Source: Macrostomum lignano (taxonomy: Eukaryota). Taken from it: a stretch of DNA of 64,000 bases. Shown in pieces: positions 53,001 to 64,000 of this stretch. Numbering within the stretch: position 1 is the first letter of the stretch; every line of letters begins with the position of its first letter. The notes under the pieces are model-generated. The model made no database searches. It saw only the letters and a program-made list of their open reading frames with translations, and was not told the origin of the DNA. The stretch spans positions 186,001 through 250,000 of the forward strand of contig NIVC01000884.1 in assembly GCA_002269645.1 (NCBI GenBank). Reading direction: 5' to 3'. The translations under genes were made by a program, and so were the position numbers.

Positions 53001-55144
53001 GGTAGTGGAGAAACGGCTGGACCGGTTCCTGCTCTGCTTCATGGTGTTCCTGCTGGTTGAGTCGGCCTTCTGTACGGTGATGAAGTGGGTGTACGTCAGC
53101 GTGGACGCTGGCATCTCGGGTGCCTGGTACCTGCCGTCAGAGAGCGCGCAGCCTTGGCGAGTGGTCCAAGACTTTCTAGGCTTTGTAGTTCTATTCAACT
53201 ATTTAATTCCGATATCGCTGTACGTGACTATTGAGCTGCAAAAATTTCTCGGTTCAATATTTTTCGAGTTCGATCTAGAAATGTACTTTGAAGATCCGGA
53301 GACTGGGGAGAAATTCCGGGCAAAGGCCAACACGTCCGATTTGAATGAAGAACTCGGCCAGGTGCAATACCTGTTCTCCGATAAGACTGGCACCCTCACT
53401 GAGAACCGCATGACATTTCGAATGTGCTCAATTAACGGCAACACTTACTGCGACGTTGATGGACAGCTCTGGCTAACCGAAGAGGGCGCAGCCACTCACC
53501 AGTGCCAGCAGTTAAACGAGGTCGAGCTCAAGTTCTTCACCGTGCTGGCGCTGTGCCACACTGTCCGAGTTGAGCGCCAGAAATCCTTTGATAGGCAGCC
53601 GCAACAGCAGGTGTTCTCTGTGGAAACTGCTGCTGATTACGTCTACCAGGTGCGTTATTTGCGTAGCAACTATATAGCCTAGCAATCACAGCCTAGCATC
53701 CACAGCTTAGAAATCACATATCCCAGCAACCACATTGCCTAGCAACTAACTAGTCTAGCAACTACATAGCCCGGCAACTAACTAGCCTAGCAACCACATA
53801 CGAGTAGCCTAGCAACTAACTAGTCTAGCAACCACATAGCCCAGCAACTAACTAGCCTAGCAACCACATAGCAACCACATAGCCTAGCAACTACATAGCC
53901 AAGCAACCACATAGTCTAGCAACCACATAGGAACCACATTGCCTAGCAACCATTTAGCCTAGCAACCATATAGCCTAGCAACCACATAGCCTAGCAACCA
54001 CATAGAAACCACATAGCCTAGCAACCATTTAGCCTAGCAACCACATAGCCTAGCAACCACATAGCCTAGCAACCACATAGCCTAGCAACCACATAGCCTA
54101 GCAACCACATAGCCTAGCAACCACATAGCCTAGCAACCACATAGCCTAGCAACCACATAGCCTAGCAACCACATAGCCTAGCAACCACATAGCCTAGCAA
54201 CTACATAGCCTAGCAACTACATTGCCTAGCAACCACATAGTCTAGCAATCACACAGCCTAGCAACCATTATCTATTCGCGCAATGTTTCCATTTCAACTC
54301 TCAGGCGAGCTCGCCAGACGAGAAAGCCTTCGTTGAAGCGGCAAGAAACTACGGGGTGACATTTCATGGCACAGAGAACGGCGTCAGCAGCGTCACTGTG
54401 CCGGACGGCCATGGCGGATTCGTTTTGCAGCAGTACCGTGTGCTTCAGGTAGGCATTTTGAGTCTGTGTGCACTTTTGGATGAGGCTTTGAGTCGGTGTG
54501 CACTTTTGGGCTGTGATTGCAGTTGGTGTGCACCTTTGGGTTGGGATTTGGGTCGGTGTGCACTTTTATGTTGGGCTTTGAGTCTGTGTGCACTTTTAGG
54601 TCGGGCTTTGAGTCTGTACTTTTGGGGTGGGCTTTGAGTCTGTGTGCTCTTTTGGGTTCCAAAGTTAAACCCTCTGTTGATTTATTCGCCATTAAACAGG
54701 TACTCGAGTTTGACTCGGACCGCAAGTGCATGTCGGTGATCCTCCAGCGCTGCACCGATGGCTCCTACTGGCTGCTCACAAAGGGCGCCGAGACCTCGAT
54801 GCTGGAAAAGTGCTCCCACGGCGATCGGGACGCCGTAGTCAAACACTCCGGCGACTTCGCCGTTGAAGGTCTTCGCGTACTGGTGATCGCTTGCAAGGAG
54901 CTGTCGCCGGCTCTGTACCAACAGATGGCCGCCCAGCTGCTGGCAGCCAACCAGGACGTGGCCAACAGGGAGGCCCTCACCGTTGAAGCCTACAGGGTTG
55001 TGGAGCGGGACTTGGAGGCCTTGGGACTTACCGCTATTGAGGACGAGCTGCAGACTGGCGTCAGGGAGACCATCACTGACCTGCGGGCTGCTGGGATTCA
55101 GGTCTGTCTGTGTGTCTGTCTGTCTGTCTGTCTGTCTGTCTGCC

Positions 55145-55177
<33 letters not shown>

Positions 55178-55180
55178 TAG

Positions 55181-55212
<32 letters not shown>

Positions 55213-57972
55213 CGCCTGTCTGTCTGCCATTATCACGCAGCCCCTGTCCCCCAATCAGGTGTGGATCCTGACCGGAGACAAGCGCGAGACAGCCGAGAAC
55301 ATCAGCCTGTCTGCCGGGCACTTCGACGACACCATGCAGCGCATCCGTATAGTGGAGCAGCAGTCCCAGGCCGGCTGCCTGGCGGAGGTCCGCCGAGGAC
55401 GGGAGGAAATTTCCGCAGGCGACGGCGGCTACCAGCAGGCGGGCCGCCGCTACTGCCTGGTTGTCGACGGCCAGTCGCTGCAATTCCTGGTAGCGGAGAA
55501 CAGCGCCGAATTGAAGGCGGAATTTTTGGCGCTGTGCCAGCTGACCTCCGCGGTGCTGTGCTGCCGGTGCACGCCGTTGCAGAAGGCCCGCGTGGTTGCT
55601 ATGGTGAGCTGGATGATTGCTTTCCATGTAATGCTGCTGTAAGAGTACAGATTTTTATTGCTCAAGGCCTTAAGCGCATTACCGTGTGTAACCATGGAAA
55701 CATATAGTGTCTATTTATTTATTTAAAGCAACTAATTCTATCACTATCAACAAATAGACTAAATGTGACCGTTTTGTGACCTTTAAACAACGGTATAGCA
55801 TGTGACCTACAATGTGACCGTCAAATCAACGGTCACTCGTTTATTTAACGGTCACACGGTCACATCGAAGAGTCACATAGTTAACTGACGGTCACACGGT
55901 CACATCGGAGAGTCACATAGTTAACTGACGGTCACACGGTCACATCGGAGAGTCATATAGTTAACTGACGGTCACACGGTCACATCGGAGAGTCACATAG
56001 TTAACTGACGGTCACACGGTCACATCGGAGAGTCACATAGTTAACTGACGGTCACAAGGTCACATCGGAGAGTCACATAGTTAACTGACGGTCACAAGGT
56101 CACATCGGAAAGTCACATAGTTAACTGACGGTCACAAGGTCACATCGGAGAGTCACATAGTTAACTGACGGTCACAAGGTCACATCGGAGAGTCACATAG
56201 TTAACTGACGGTCACATCACGGTCCCACTTGATGGTCACAAGCATGACAGAAGCTGTGTCACAATTTTTGCGGTCACAAAAAAATTGTGACCGGCCCATT
56301 TTTATTCGGCAAAAATGAAAATATTGTTGCTATGATAAAATAGATACTACTTTGGTTGCCATGGTAACATCTAATTAAAGATTTTTTGCAGAGTTTTCGG
56401 TTTCATCTTAATATGAAACTGGCAATTTTATATAGTTTCCTGGTTGTCATGGTAACCATTGATCGAAGCCTCCTCCTTGGCAACCAGGTGCGCAACGGTG
56501 TCGAGCCCAAGCCGGTCACCTGCGCCATCGGTGACGGCGCAAACGACGTGTCGATGATCCGCGAGGCGCACGTCGGCGTCGGCCTCTACGGCAAGGAGGG
56601 CCGCGCAGCCGCGCTCAACTCCGACTACGCCTTCGCCAGATTCCAGTTTCTTAGAAAGGCGCTGCTTTTCCACGGCCACCTGTACTATGTCCGCCTGGCA
56701 ACCTTGGTGCAGTATTTCTTCTATAAGAATGTCGCCTTCATCACGGCCGAACTGTTCTACGCTTTCCATTCGGGCTTCAGCGCCCAGTCTCTCTATGATA
56801 CAATCTACTTGACCATTTATAACATGACTATGACCTCGCTGCCTATTCTGCTCTTTGGCATCTTTGAGCAGCATGTGCATCGGTACCGGCTGTATCAGGA
56901 GCCGGAGCTGTACATTACTATTGCCTCTAACAGGCTGCTCTGGTGGCGAGATCTGTTAATCTGGTGCGCCCTGGGACTCTGGCATTCCGTGTGCTGTCAC
57001 TACGGTGTTGTGGCCGTGTTGGCCGTTAATGACCAGGTAGGTTCTATCTGTTAGACCCTGCTAGTTTATGTGGTCTCTGGGCATTAGGGGATTTAGGAAC
57101 GACTTTTTAAATAGGCACAGTGGGATCTAGACACAATGGGATCTAGACACAATGGGATCTAGACACAGTGGGATCTAGACACAATGGGATCTAGACACAG
57201 TGGGATCTAGACACAATGGGATCTGGACACAATGGGATCTAGACACAATGGGATCTAGACACAATGGGATCTAGACACAATGGGATCTAGACACAATGGG
57301 ATCTAGACACAATGGGATCTAGACACAATGGGATCTAGACACAATGGGATCTAGACACAATGGGATCTAGACACAATGGGATCTAGACACAATGGGATCT
57401 AGACACAATGGGATCTAGACACAATGGGATCTAGACACAATGGGATCTAGACACAATGGGATCTAGACACAATGGGATCTAGACACAATGGGATCTAGAC
57501 ACAATGGGATCTAGACACAATGGGATCTAGACACAATGGGATCTAGACACAATGGGATTTAGACTCTCCGCAACCCTACCCAATTTACTCACAGATGGGC
57601 ATCAACGCCACCTTCAACTACGGCGTGTTCGAGTTCGGCGCCCTAGTAGTCCAGTGCGTGATGATCTGCGTCACGCTCCGCCTCGTGCTGGTGACGTACA
57701 GCATCAATGTGCCGACCCTTATTGGCCTGGTGGTCACCGTGGTCGGCTTTATCCTAGTCATGTCCGTGTACAACATCATCGGAGTGAATTTTTTCGCTTT
57801 CAATAATTTTCTGTGGGTGTATTTCGATATTAACAAGCAGCCAGTCAGCTGGTTGATTATGCTGGTACTGACTGCCGTGTCGCTGACACCCGACCTGCTG
57901 TTGAAGTGTCTGCAAGACTCGCGCAACAAGGCCAGCATGAAGGAGCTGCAGGTGCCCGAGGCTGACATGCCG
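50087..57972 (+). CDS. ATP11: P4-type phospholipid-transporting ATPase, ATP11-like; exons 1-9, 1111 codons
   Basis: Exons 50087-50353, 51191-51493, 51983-52231, 52954-53649, 54305-54448, 54700-55101, 55259-55603, 56488-57036, 57595-57972, all GT-AG and in frame. Motifs DGETNLK, PISLYVTIE, DKTGTLT, SSPDEKA, EFDSDRK, LTGDK, GDGANDVSM; YTGQETKMQLN...SVVEK resembles ATP11. Confidence 0.93.
50358..51110. repeat. 20-bp minisatellite, ATP11 intron 1
   Basis: CTCAGTATCTCACCTGTACT. Confidence 0.95.
51535..51870. repeat. GGATTAAGGATTATCTAAC-type minisatellite, intron 2
   Basis: Direct reading. Confidence 0.9.
52644..52935. repeat. 33-bp minisatellite, intron 3
   Basis: AGAGTCTAAGAATCTCACCCTCAAATGTTAATT. 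Confidence 0.95.
53675..54268. repeat. 16-bp minisatellite, intron 4
   Basis: AGCCTAGCAACCACAT. Confidence 0.95.
54455..54657. repeat. About 30-bp degenerate minisatellite, intron 5
   Basis: GGGCTTTGAGTCTGTGTGCACTTTT. Confidence 0.85.
55102..55226. repeat. (GTCT)n microsatellite, intron 6
   Basis: Begins at the donor GT itself. Confidence 0.95.
55850..56220. repeat. 40-bp minisatellite, intron 7
   Basis: GTCACACGGTCACATCGGAGAGTCACATAGTTAACTGACG. Confidence 0.95.
57115..57558. repeat. 16-bp minisatellite, intron 8
   Basis: GGGATCTAGACACAAT, about 27 copies. Confidence 0.97.
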
Positions 57973-58145
57973 GTAAGCTTTTTAGCGCATGGGTGGCAAT
58001 GCTGGGCTGATGGGATTCTTCATGTGGGAATGCTGGTTCCCTAGTGACTCACTAGTGGCTCTAGCGACTCTTGTGACTTTTTAATGACTCAAACGACTGT
58101 AAATGCGACGGAGTCATTTTGTTGTGTCCACAGACACTTGAATAA

Positions 58146-58491
58146 CTAGATGGGCCACTCAGCACATTTGCGTGTAAGCTACTTTCAGTTCAGTAGTAAG
58201 TTAAACTGAAGCATTTTAATGTATTTTTTATTTATTGGCTCTTACCCCCTCCCAAGCTTAAACCCTCAAACTTCACATCCACACAGAACCTCTACCACCG
58301 CCTTGCCGCCCTAACTATTATTAACTTCCTCGGTTGTTTCCATCCTACTGTTAAGCTTGGGCTTCTAAACTTATCAAAGTCATCTCAGCTGCCTTTATTA
58401 TCTTAAAATAGCTTATGTATTCTTCATTGCTACTGAACTGAAAGTAGAAGAAAGCTGTTTTACTAGGTATGTGCCTGAGTGGCCCATCTAG
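58146..58491. mobile_element. MITE-like inverted-repeat element
   Basis: CTAGATGGGCCACTCAG and CTACTTTCAGTTCAGTAG recur as reverse complements at 58430-58491. Confidence 0.5.
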
Positions 58492-58637
58492 CAGACAATA
58501 AAACGTCTCAAAAATGCTCTTTGACAACTTTTTGGTGACTTGTACAGTGACATCTCGTCATTTTAGAGTCGTATAGATTAACTTCTATCCTATTTTACCT
58601 GTGTTACCTGCACAACCACTCTAAAACGACTCTGGGG

Positions 58638-61600
58638 CGTCTCTCGTGTCTAGATCCCCCTGGTGTCTATCGTGTCTAGATCCCCCTGGTGTCTATCGTG
58701 TCTAGATACCCCTGGTGTCTCTCGTGTCTAGATCCCCCTGGTGTCTCTCGTGTCTAGATCCCCCTGGTGTCTCTCGTGTCTAGACCCCCCTGGTGTCTCT
58801 CGTGTCTAGATCCCCCTGGTGTCTCTCGTGTCTAGATCCCCCTGGTGTCTCTCGTGTCTAGATCCCCCTGGTGTCTCCCGTGTCTAGATCCCCCTGGTGT
58901 CTCTCGTGTCTAGATCCCCCTGGTGTCTCTCGTGTCTAGATCCCCCTGGTGTCTATAGTGTCTAGATCCGCCTGGTGTCTCTCGTGTCTAGATCCCCCTG
59001 GTGTCTCTCGTGTCTAGATCCCCCTGGTGTCTCTCGTGTCTAGATCCCCCTGGTGTCTCCCGTGTCTAGATCCCCCTGGTGTCTCTCGTGTCTAGATCCC
59101 CCTGGTGTCTCTCGTGTCTAGATCCCCCTGGTGTCTATCGTGTCTAGATACCCCTGGTGTCTCTCGTGTCTAGATACCCCTGGTGTCTCTCGTGTCTAGA
59201 TCCCCCTGGTGTCTCCCGTGTCTAGATCCCCCTGGTGTCTCTCGTGTCTAGATCCCCCTGGTGTCTATCGTGTCTAGATACCCCTGGTGTCTCTCGTGTC
59301 TAGATACCCCTGGTGTCTCTCGTGTCTAGATCCCCCTGGTGTCTCTCGTGCCTAGATCCCCCTGGTGTCTCTCGTGTCTAGATCCCCCTGGTGTCTCTCG
59401 TGTCTAGATCCCCCTGGTGTCTATCGTGTCTAGATCCCCCTGGTGTCTCTCGTATCTAGATTCCTGTGTCTCTCGTGTCTAGATCCCCCTGGTGTCTCTC
59501 GTATCTAGATTCCTCTGTGTCTATAGTGTCTAGATCCGCCTGGTGTCTCTCGTGTCTAGATCCCCCTGGTGTCTCTCGTGTCTAGATCCGCCTGGTGTCT
59601 ATCGTGTCTAGATCCCCCTGGTGTCTATCGTGTCTAGATACCCCGGGTGTCTATAGTGTCTAGATCCCCCTGGTGTCTATAGTGTCTAGATCCGCCTGGT
59701 GTCTATCGTGTCTAGATCCCCCTGGTGTCTATCGTGTCTAGATCCGCCTGGTGTCTATCGTGTCTAGATCCCCCTGGTGTCTCTCGTATCTAGATTCCTC
59801 TGTGTCTATAGTGTCTAGATCCGCCTGGTGTCTCTCGTGTCTAGATCCGCCTGGTGTCTCTCGTGTCTAGATCCGCCTGGTGTCTATCGTGTCTAGATCC
59901 CCCTGGTGTCTATCGTGTCTAGATACCCCGGGTGTCTATAGTGTCTAGATCCCCCTGGTGTCTATCGTGTCTAGATCCGCCTGGTGTCTATCGTGTCTAG
60001 ATCCCCCTGGTGTCTCTCGTATCTAGATTCCTCTGTGTCTCTCGTGTCTAGATCCCCCTGGTGTCTCTCGTGTCTAGATCCCCCTGGTTTCTATAGTGTC
60101 TAGATCCGCCTGGTGTCTCTCGTGTCTAGATCCGCCTGGTGTCTATCGTGTCTAGATCCCCCTGGTGTCTCTCGTATCTAGATTCCTCTGTGTCTTTCGT
60201 GTCTAGATCCCCCTGGTGTCTCTCGTGTCTAGATCCCCCTGGTGTCTATAGTGTCTAGATCCGCCTGGTGTCTCTCGTGTCTAGATCCCCCTGGTGTCTA
60301 TCGTGTCTAGATCCCCCTGGTGTCTATAGTGTCTAGATCCCCTTGGTGTCTATAGTGTCTAGATCCGCCTGGTGTCTATCGTGTCTAGATCCCCCTGGTG
60401 TCTATCGTGTCTAGATACCCCTGGTGTCTCTCGTGTCTAGATACCCCTGGTGTCTCTCGTGTCTAGATCCCCCTGGTGTCTCTCGTGTCTAGATCCCCCT
60501 GGTGTCTCTCGTGTCTAGATCCCCCTGGTGTCTCTCGTGTCTAGATCCCCCTGGTGTCTATCGTGTCTAGATACCCCTGGTGTCTCTCGTGTCTAGATAC
60601 CCCTGGTGTCTCTCGTGTCTAGATCCCCCTGGTGTCTCGTGCCTAGATCCCCCTGGTGTCTCTCGTGTCTAGATCCCCCTGGTGTCTCTCGTGTCTAGAT
60701 CCCCCTGGTGTCTATCGTGTCTAAATCCCCCTGGTGTCTCTCGTATCTAGATTCCTGTGTCTATAGTGTCTAGATCCCCCTGGTGTCTCTCGTATCTAGA
60801 TTCCTCTGTGTCTATAGTGTCTAGATCCGCCTGGTGTCTCTCGTGTCTAGATCCCTCTGGTGTCTCTCGTGTCTAGATCCGCCTGGTGTCTATCGTGTCT
60901 AGATCCCCCTGGTGTCTCTCGTGTCTAGATACCCCTGGTGTCTCTCGTGTCTAGATCCCCCTGGTGTCTCTCGTGCCTAGATCCCCCTGGTGTCTCTCGT
61001 GTCTAGATCCGCCTGGTGTCTATCGTGTCTAGATCCCCCTGGTGTCTATCGTGTCTAGATCCCCCTGGTGTCTCTCGTATCTAGATTCCTGTGTCTATAG
61101 TGTCTAGATCCGCCTGGTGTCTCTCGTGTCTAGATCCGCCTGGTGTCTCTCGTGTCTAGATCCGCCTGGTGTCTATCGTGTCTAGATCCCCCTGGTGTCT
61201 ATCGTGTCTAGATACCCCGGGTGTCTATAGTGTCTAGATCCCCCTGGTGTCTATAGTGTCTAGATCCGCCTGGTGTCTCTCGTGTCTAGATCCCCCTGGT
61301 GTCTATCGTGTCTAGATCCGCCTGGTGTCTATCGTGTCTAGATCCCCCTGGTGTCTCTCGTATCTAGATTCCTCTGTGTCTCTCGTGTCTAGATCCCCCT
61401 GGTGTCTCTCGTGTCTAGATCCCCCTGGTTTCTATAGTGTCTAGATCCCCCTGGTGTCTCTCGTGTCTCGATCCGCCTGGTGTCTATCGTGTCTAGATCC
61501 CCCTGGTGTCTCTCGTATCTAGATCCCCCTGGTTTCTATAGTGTCTAGATCCCCCTGGTGTCTCTCGTGTCTAGATCCCCCTGGTGTCTATAGTGTCTAG

Positions 61601-63222
61601 ATCCGCCTGGTGTCTCTCGTGTCTGGATCCCCCTGGTGTCTATCGTGTCTAGATCCCCCTGGTGTCTATAGTGTCTAGATCCCCCTGGTGTCTATAGTGT
61701 CTAGATCCGCCTGGTGTCTATCGTGTCTAGATCCCCCTGGTGTCTCTCGTATCTAGATTCCTCTGTGTCTCTCGTGTCTAGATCCCCCTGGTGTCTCTCG
61801 TGTCTAGATCCCCCTGGTGTCTATAGTGTCTAGATCCGCCTGGTGTCTCTCGTGTCTAGATCCCCCCTGGTGTCTATCGTGTCTAGATCCCCCTGGTGTC
61901 TATAGTGTCTAGATCCCCCTGGTGTCTATAGTGTCTGGATCCGCCTGGTGTCTATCGTGTCTAGATCCCCCTGGTGTCTATCGTGTCTAGATCCGCCTGG
62001 TGTCTCTCGTGTCTAGATCCCCCTGGTGTCTATCGTGTCTAGATCCCCCTGGTGTCTCTCGTATCTAGATTCCTCTGTGTCTCTCGTGTCTAGATCCCCC
62101 TGGTGTCTCTCGTGTCTAGATCCCCCTGGTGTCTATAGTGTCTAGATCCGCCTGGTGTCTCTCGTGTCTAGATCCCCCTGGTGTCTATCGTGTCTAGATC
62201 CCCCTGGTGTCTATAGTGTCTAGATCCGCCTGGTGTCTCTCGTGTCTAGATCCCCCTGGTGTCTCTCGTGTCTAGATACCCCTGGTGTCTCTCGTGTCTA
62301 GATCCCCCTGGTGTCTCTCGTGTCTAGATCCCCCTGGTGTCTCTCGTGTCTAGATCCCCTGGTGTCTCTCGTGTCTAGATCCCCCTGGTGTCTCTCGTGT
62401 CTAGATCCCCCTGGTGTCTCTCGTGTCTAGATCCCCCTGGTGTCTATCGTGTCTAAATCCCCCTGGTGTCTATAGTGTCTAGATCCGCCTGGTGTCTCTC
62501 GTGTCTAGATCCCCCTGGTGTCTCTCGTGTCTAGATACCCCTGGTGTCTCTCGTGTCTAGATCCCCTGGTGTCTCTCGTGTCTAGATCCCCCTGGTGTCT
62601 CTCGTGTCTAGATCCCCCTGGTGTCTCTCGTGTCTAGATCCCCCTGGTGTCTCTCGTGTCTAGATCCCCCTGGTGTCTCTCGTGTCTAGATCCCCCTGGT
62701 GTCTATCGTGTCTAAATCCCCCTGGTGTCTATAGTGTCTAGATCCGCCTGGTGTCTCTCGTGTCTAGATCCCCCTGGTGTCTCTCGTGTCTAGATACCCC
62801 TGGTGTCTCTCGTGTCTAGATCCCCCTGGTGTCTCTCGTGTCTAGATCCCCCTGGTGTCTCTCGTGTCTAGATCCCCCTGGTGTCTCTCGTGTCTAGATC
62901 CCCCTGGTGTCTCTCGTGTCTAGATCCCCCTGGTGTCTCTCGTGTCTAGATCCCCCTGGTGTCTCTCGTGTCTAGATCCCCCTGGTGTCTATCGTGTCTA
63001 AATCCCCCTGGTGTCTATAGTGTCTAGATCCGCCTGGTGTCTCTCGTGTCTAGATCCCCCTGGTGTCTCTCGTGTCTAGATACCCCTGGTGTCTCTCGTG
63101 TCTAGATCCCCCTGGTGTCTCTCGTGTCTAGATCCCCCTGGTGTCTCTCGTGTCTAGATCCCCCTGGTGTCTCTCGTGTCTAGATCCCCCTGGTGTCTCT
63201 CGTGTCTAGATCCCTCTGTCTC
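58638..63222. repeat. 4.6-kb 26-bp satellite downstream of ATP11 exon 9
   Basis: GTGTCTAGATCCCCCTGGTGTCTCTC with ATC, ATA and CCGCC variants. Confidence 0.98.
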
Positions 63223-63672
63223 TCATACCCACTAGCACTAACTAGCGCCACTCTTACCTGTTAATTGTCTGCACTATTAACCAACGCGCTTTCAGCATAG
63301 CAACGCTGGCCACCCTGACCTCGGCGTTAGTCGCTTTGCTATTCATTCCGAAGGTATACTGGCGTTAAAGTACACCTGTATGCCATTTTTAATACACTAA
63401 ACTCTTGCTGCTACTTAAGTTTTTTAACAGCCCACTAATCCTTTACTAAATTTTACTGAATGTCTTTTTTAACATCCTAAAAAGGCTTCTAACTCAAATT
63501 GTCGGGCACAGTGCCAAAGTTTTGTGAGTATATTTAATACCATTATGATAATTAATAATTTAAAGATTTTCTAAGATATTAATGGAGTAGTTCTGTGGTA
63601 TTAAAAAACTGATTGTATTCCTAATTATGTTAACACTAATAATTTTATTACTATGCAAATTCAATGCATCAG

Positions 63673-63795
63673 CAGAGTCACTCGCAGCGGCAACAGAAAA
63701 GCTGGGATATTGATGAAGCTGCCAGTTCAGAGTCTGGCATAATTTATGGCCGAGGCAACTCTATTGACGAGGAGCCCGTGCTGTTGCACTGTTAA
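63673..63795 (+). CDS. Candidate terminal exon of the ATP11-like gene
   Basis: CATCAG acceptor; phase-0 frame QSHSQRQQKSWDIDEAASSESGIIYGRGNSIDEEPVLLHC* gives 1151 aa in total. A possible extra exon at 63296-63353 would change the frame. Confidence 0.4.
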   Translation, partial: QSHSQRQQKSWDIDEAASSESGIIYGRGNSIDEEPVLLHC

Positions 63796-64000
63796 GAAAG
63801 CATAAATTAGTGCGACTATTTGCATTTCACCTACTAACAGTAGTTTGCATCAGTAAGGCGCGTTTAGCGAAAAATTTCCCGAATTGCTAATTTATAATCT
63901 CAATGCATTTGTTGATGAATTTAGAATTTTTCTTAGCAGAAATTCGGCAGTTTAAATTGCACAGATTGGGCCAAAGTTTGCGGTTGCGTGAAAAGTACAA

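Overview
AT-rich, repeat-dense eukaryotic (invertebrate animal-like) genomic window with spliceosomal introns; no prokaryotic features and no CRISPR. (1) 0.4-10.1 kb: decayed Ty3/gypsy LTR retrotransposon, split inside its RNase H region by a full-length 5.9-kb LOA/R1-type LINE (minus strand, 11-bp TSD). The first base of the LINE starts an apparent HDV-like ribozyme fold. (2) 12.1-18.5 kb: apparently intact 6.4-kb P-element (THAP9-like, 4 exons, about 860 aa, 80-bp TIRs, 8-bp TSD) inserted in a 32-bp satellite. (3) 19.8-34.6 kb: cluster of six near-identical two-exon genes for an unrecognised 75-aa protein plus one diverged paralog, interleaved with mini/microsatellites. (4) 36.7-38.0 kb: IPMK-like kinase gene (minus strand). 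(5) 39-49 kb: MITEs, a SINE fragment, large satellites and a short (TTAGGG)n. (6) 50.1 kb to about 63.8 kb: ATP11-like P4-ATPase gene whose resolved introns are all phase 0 and each carry a different tandem-repeat array. All calls come from manual reading and translation; no database searches or folding software were run.
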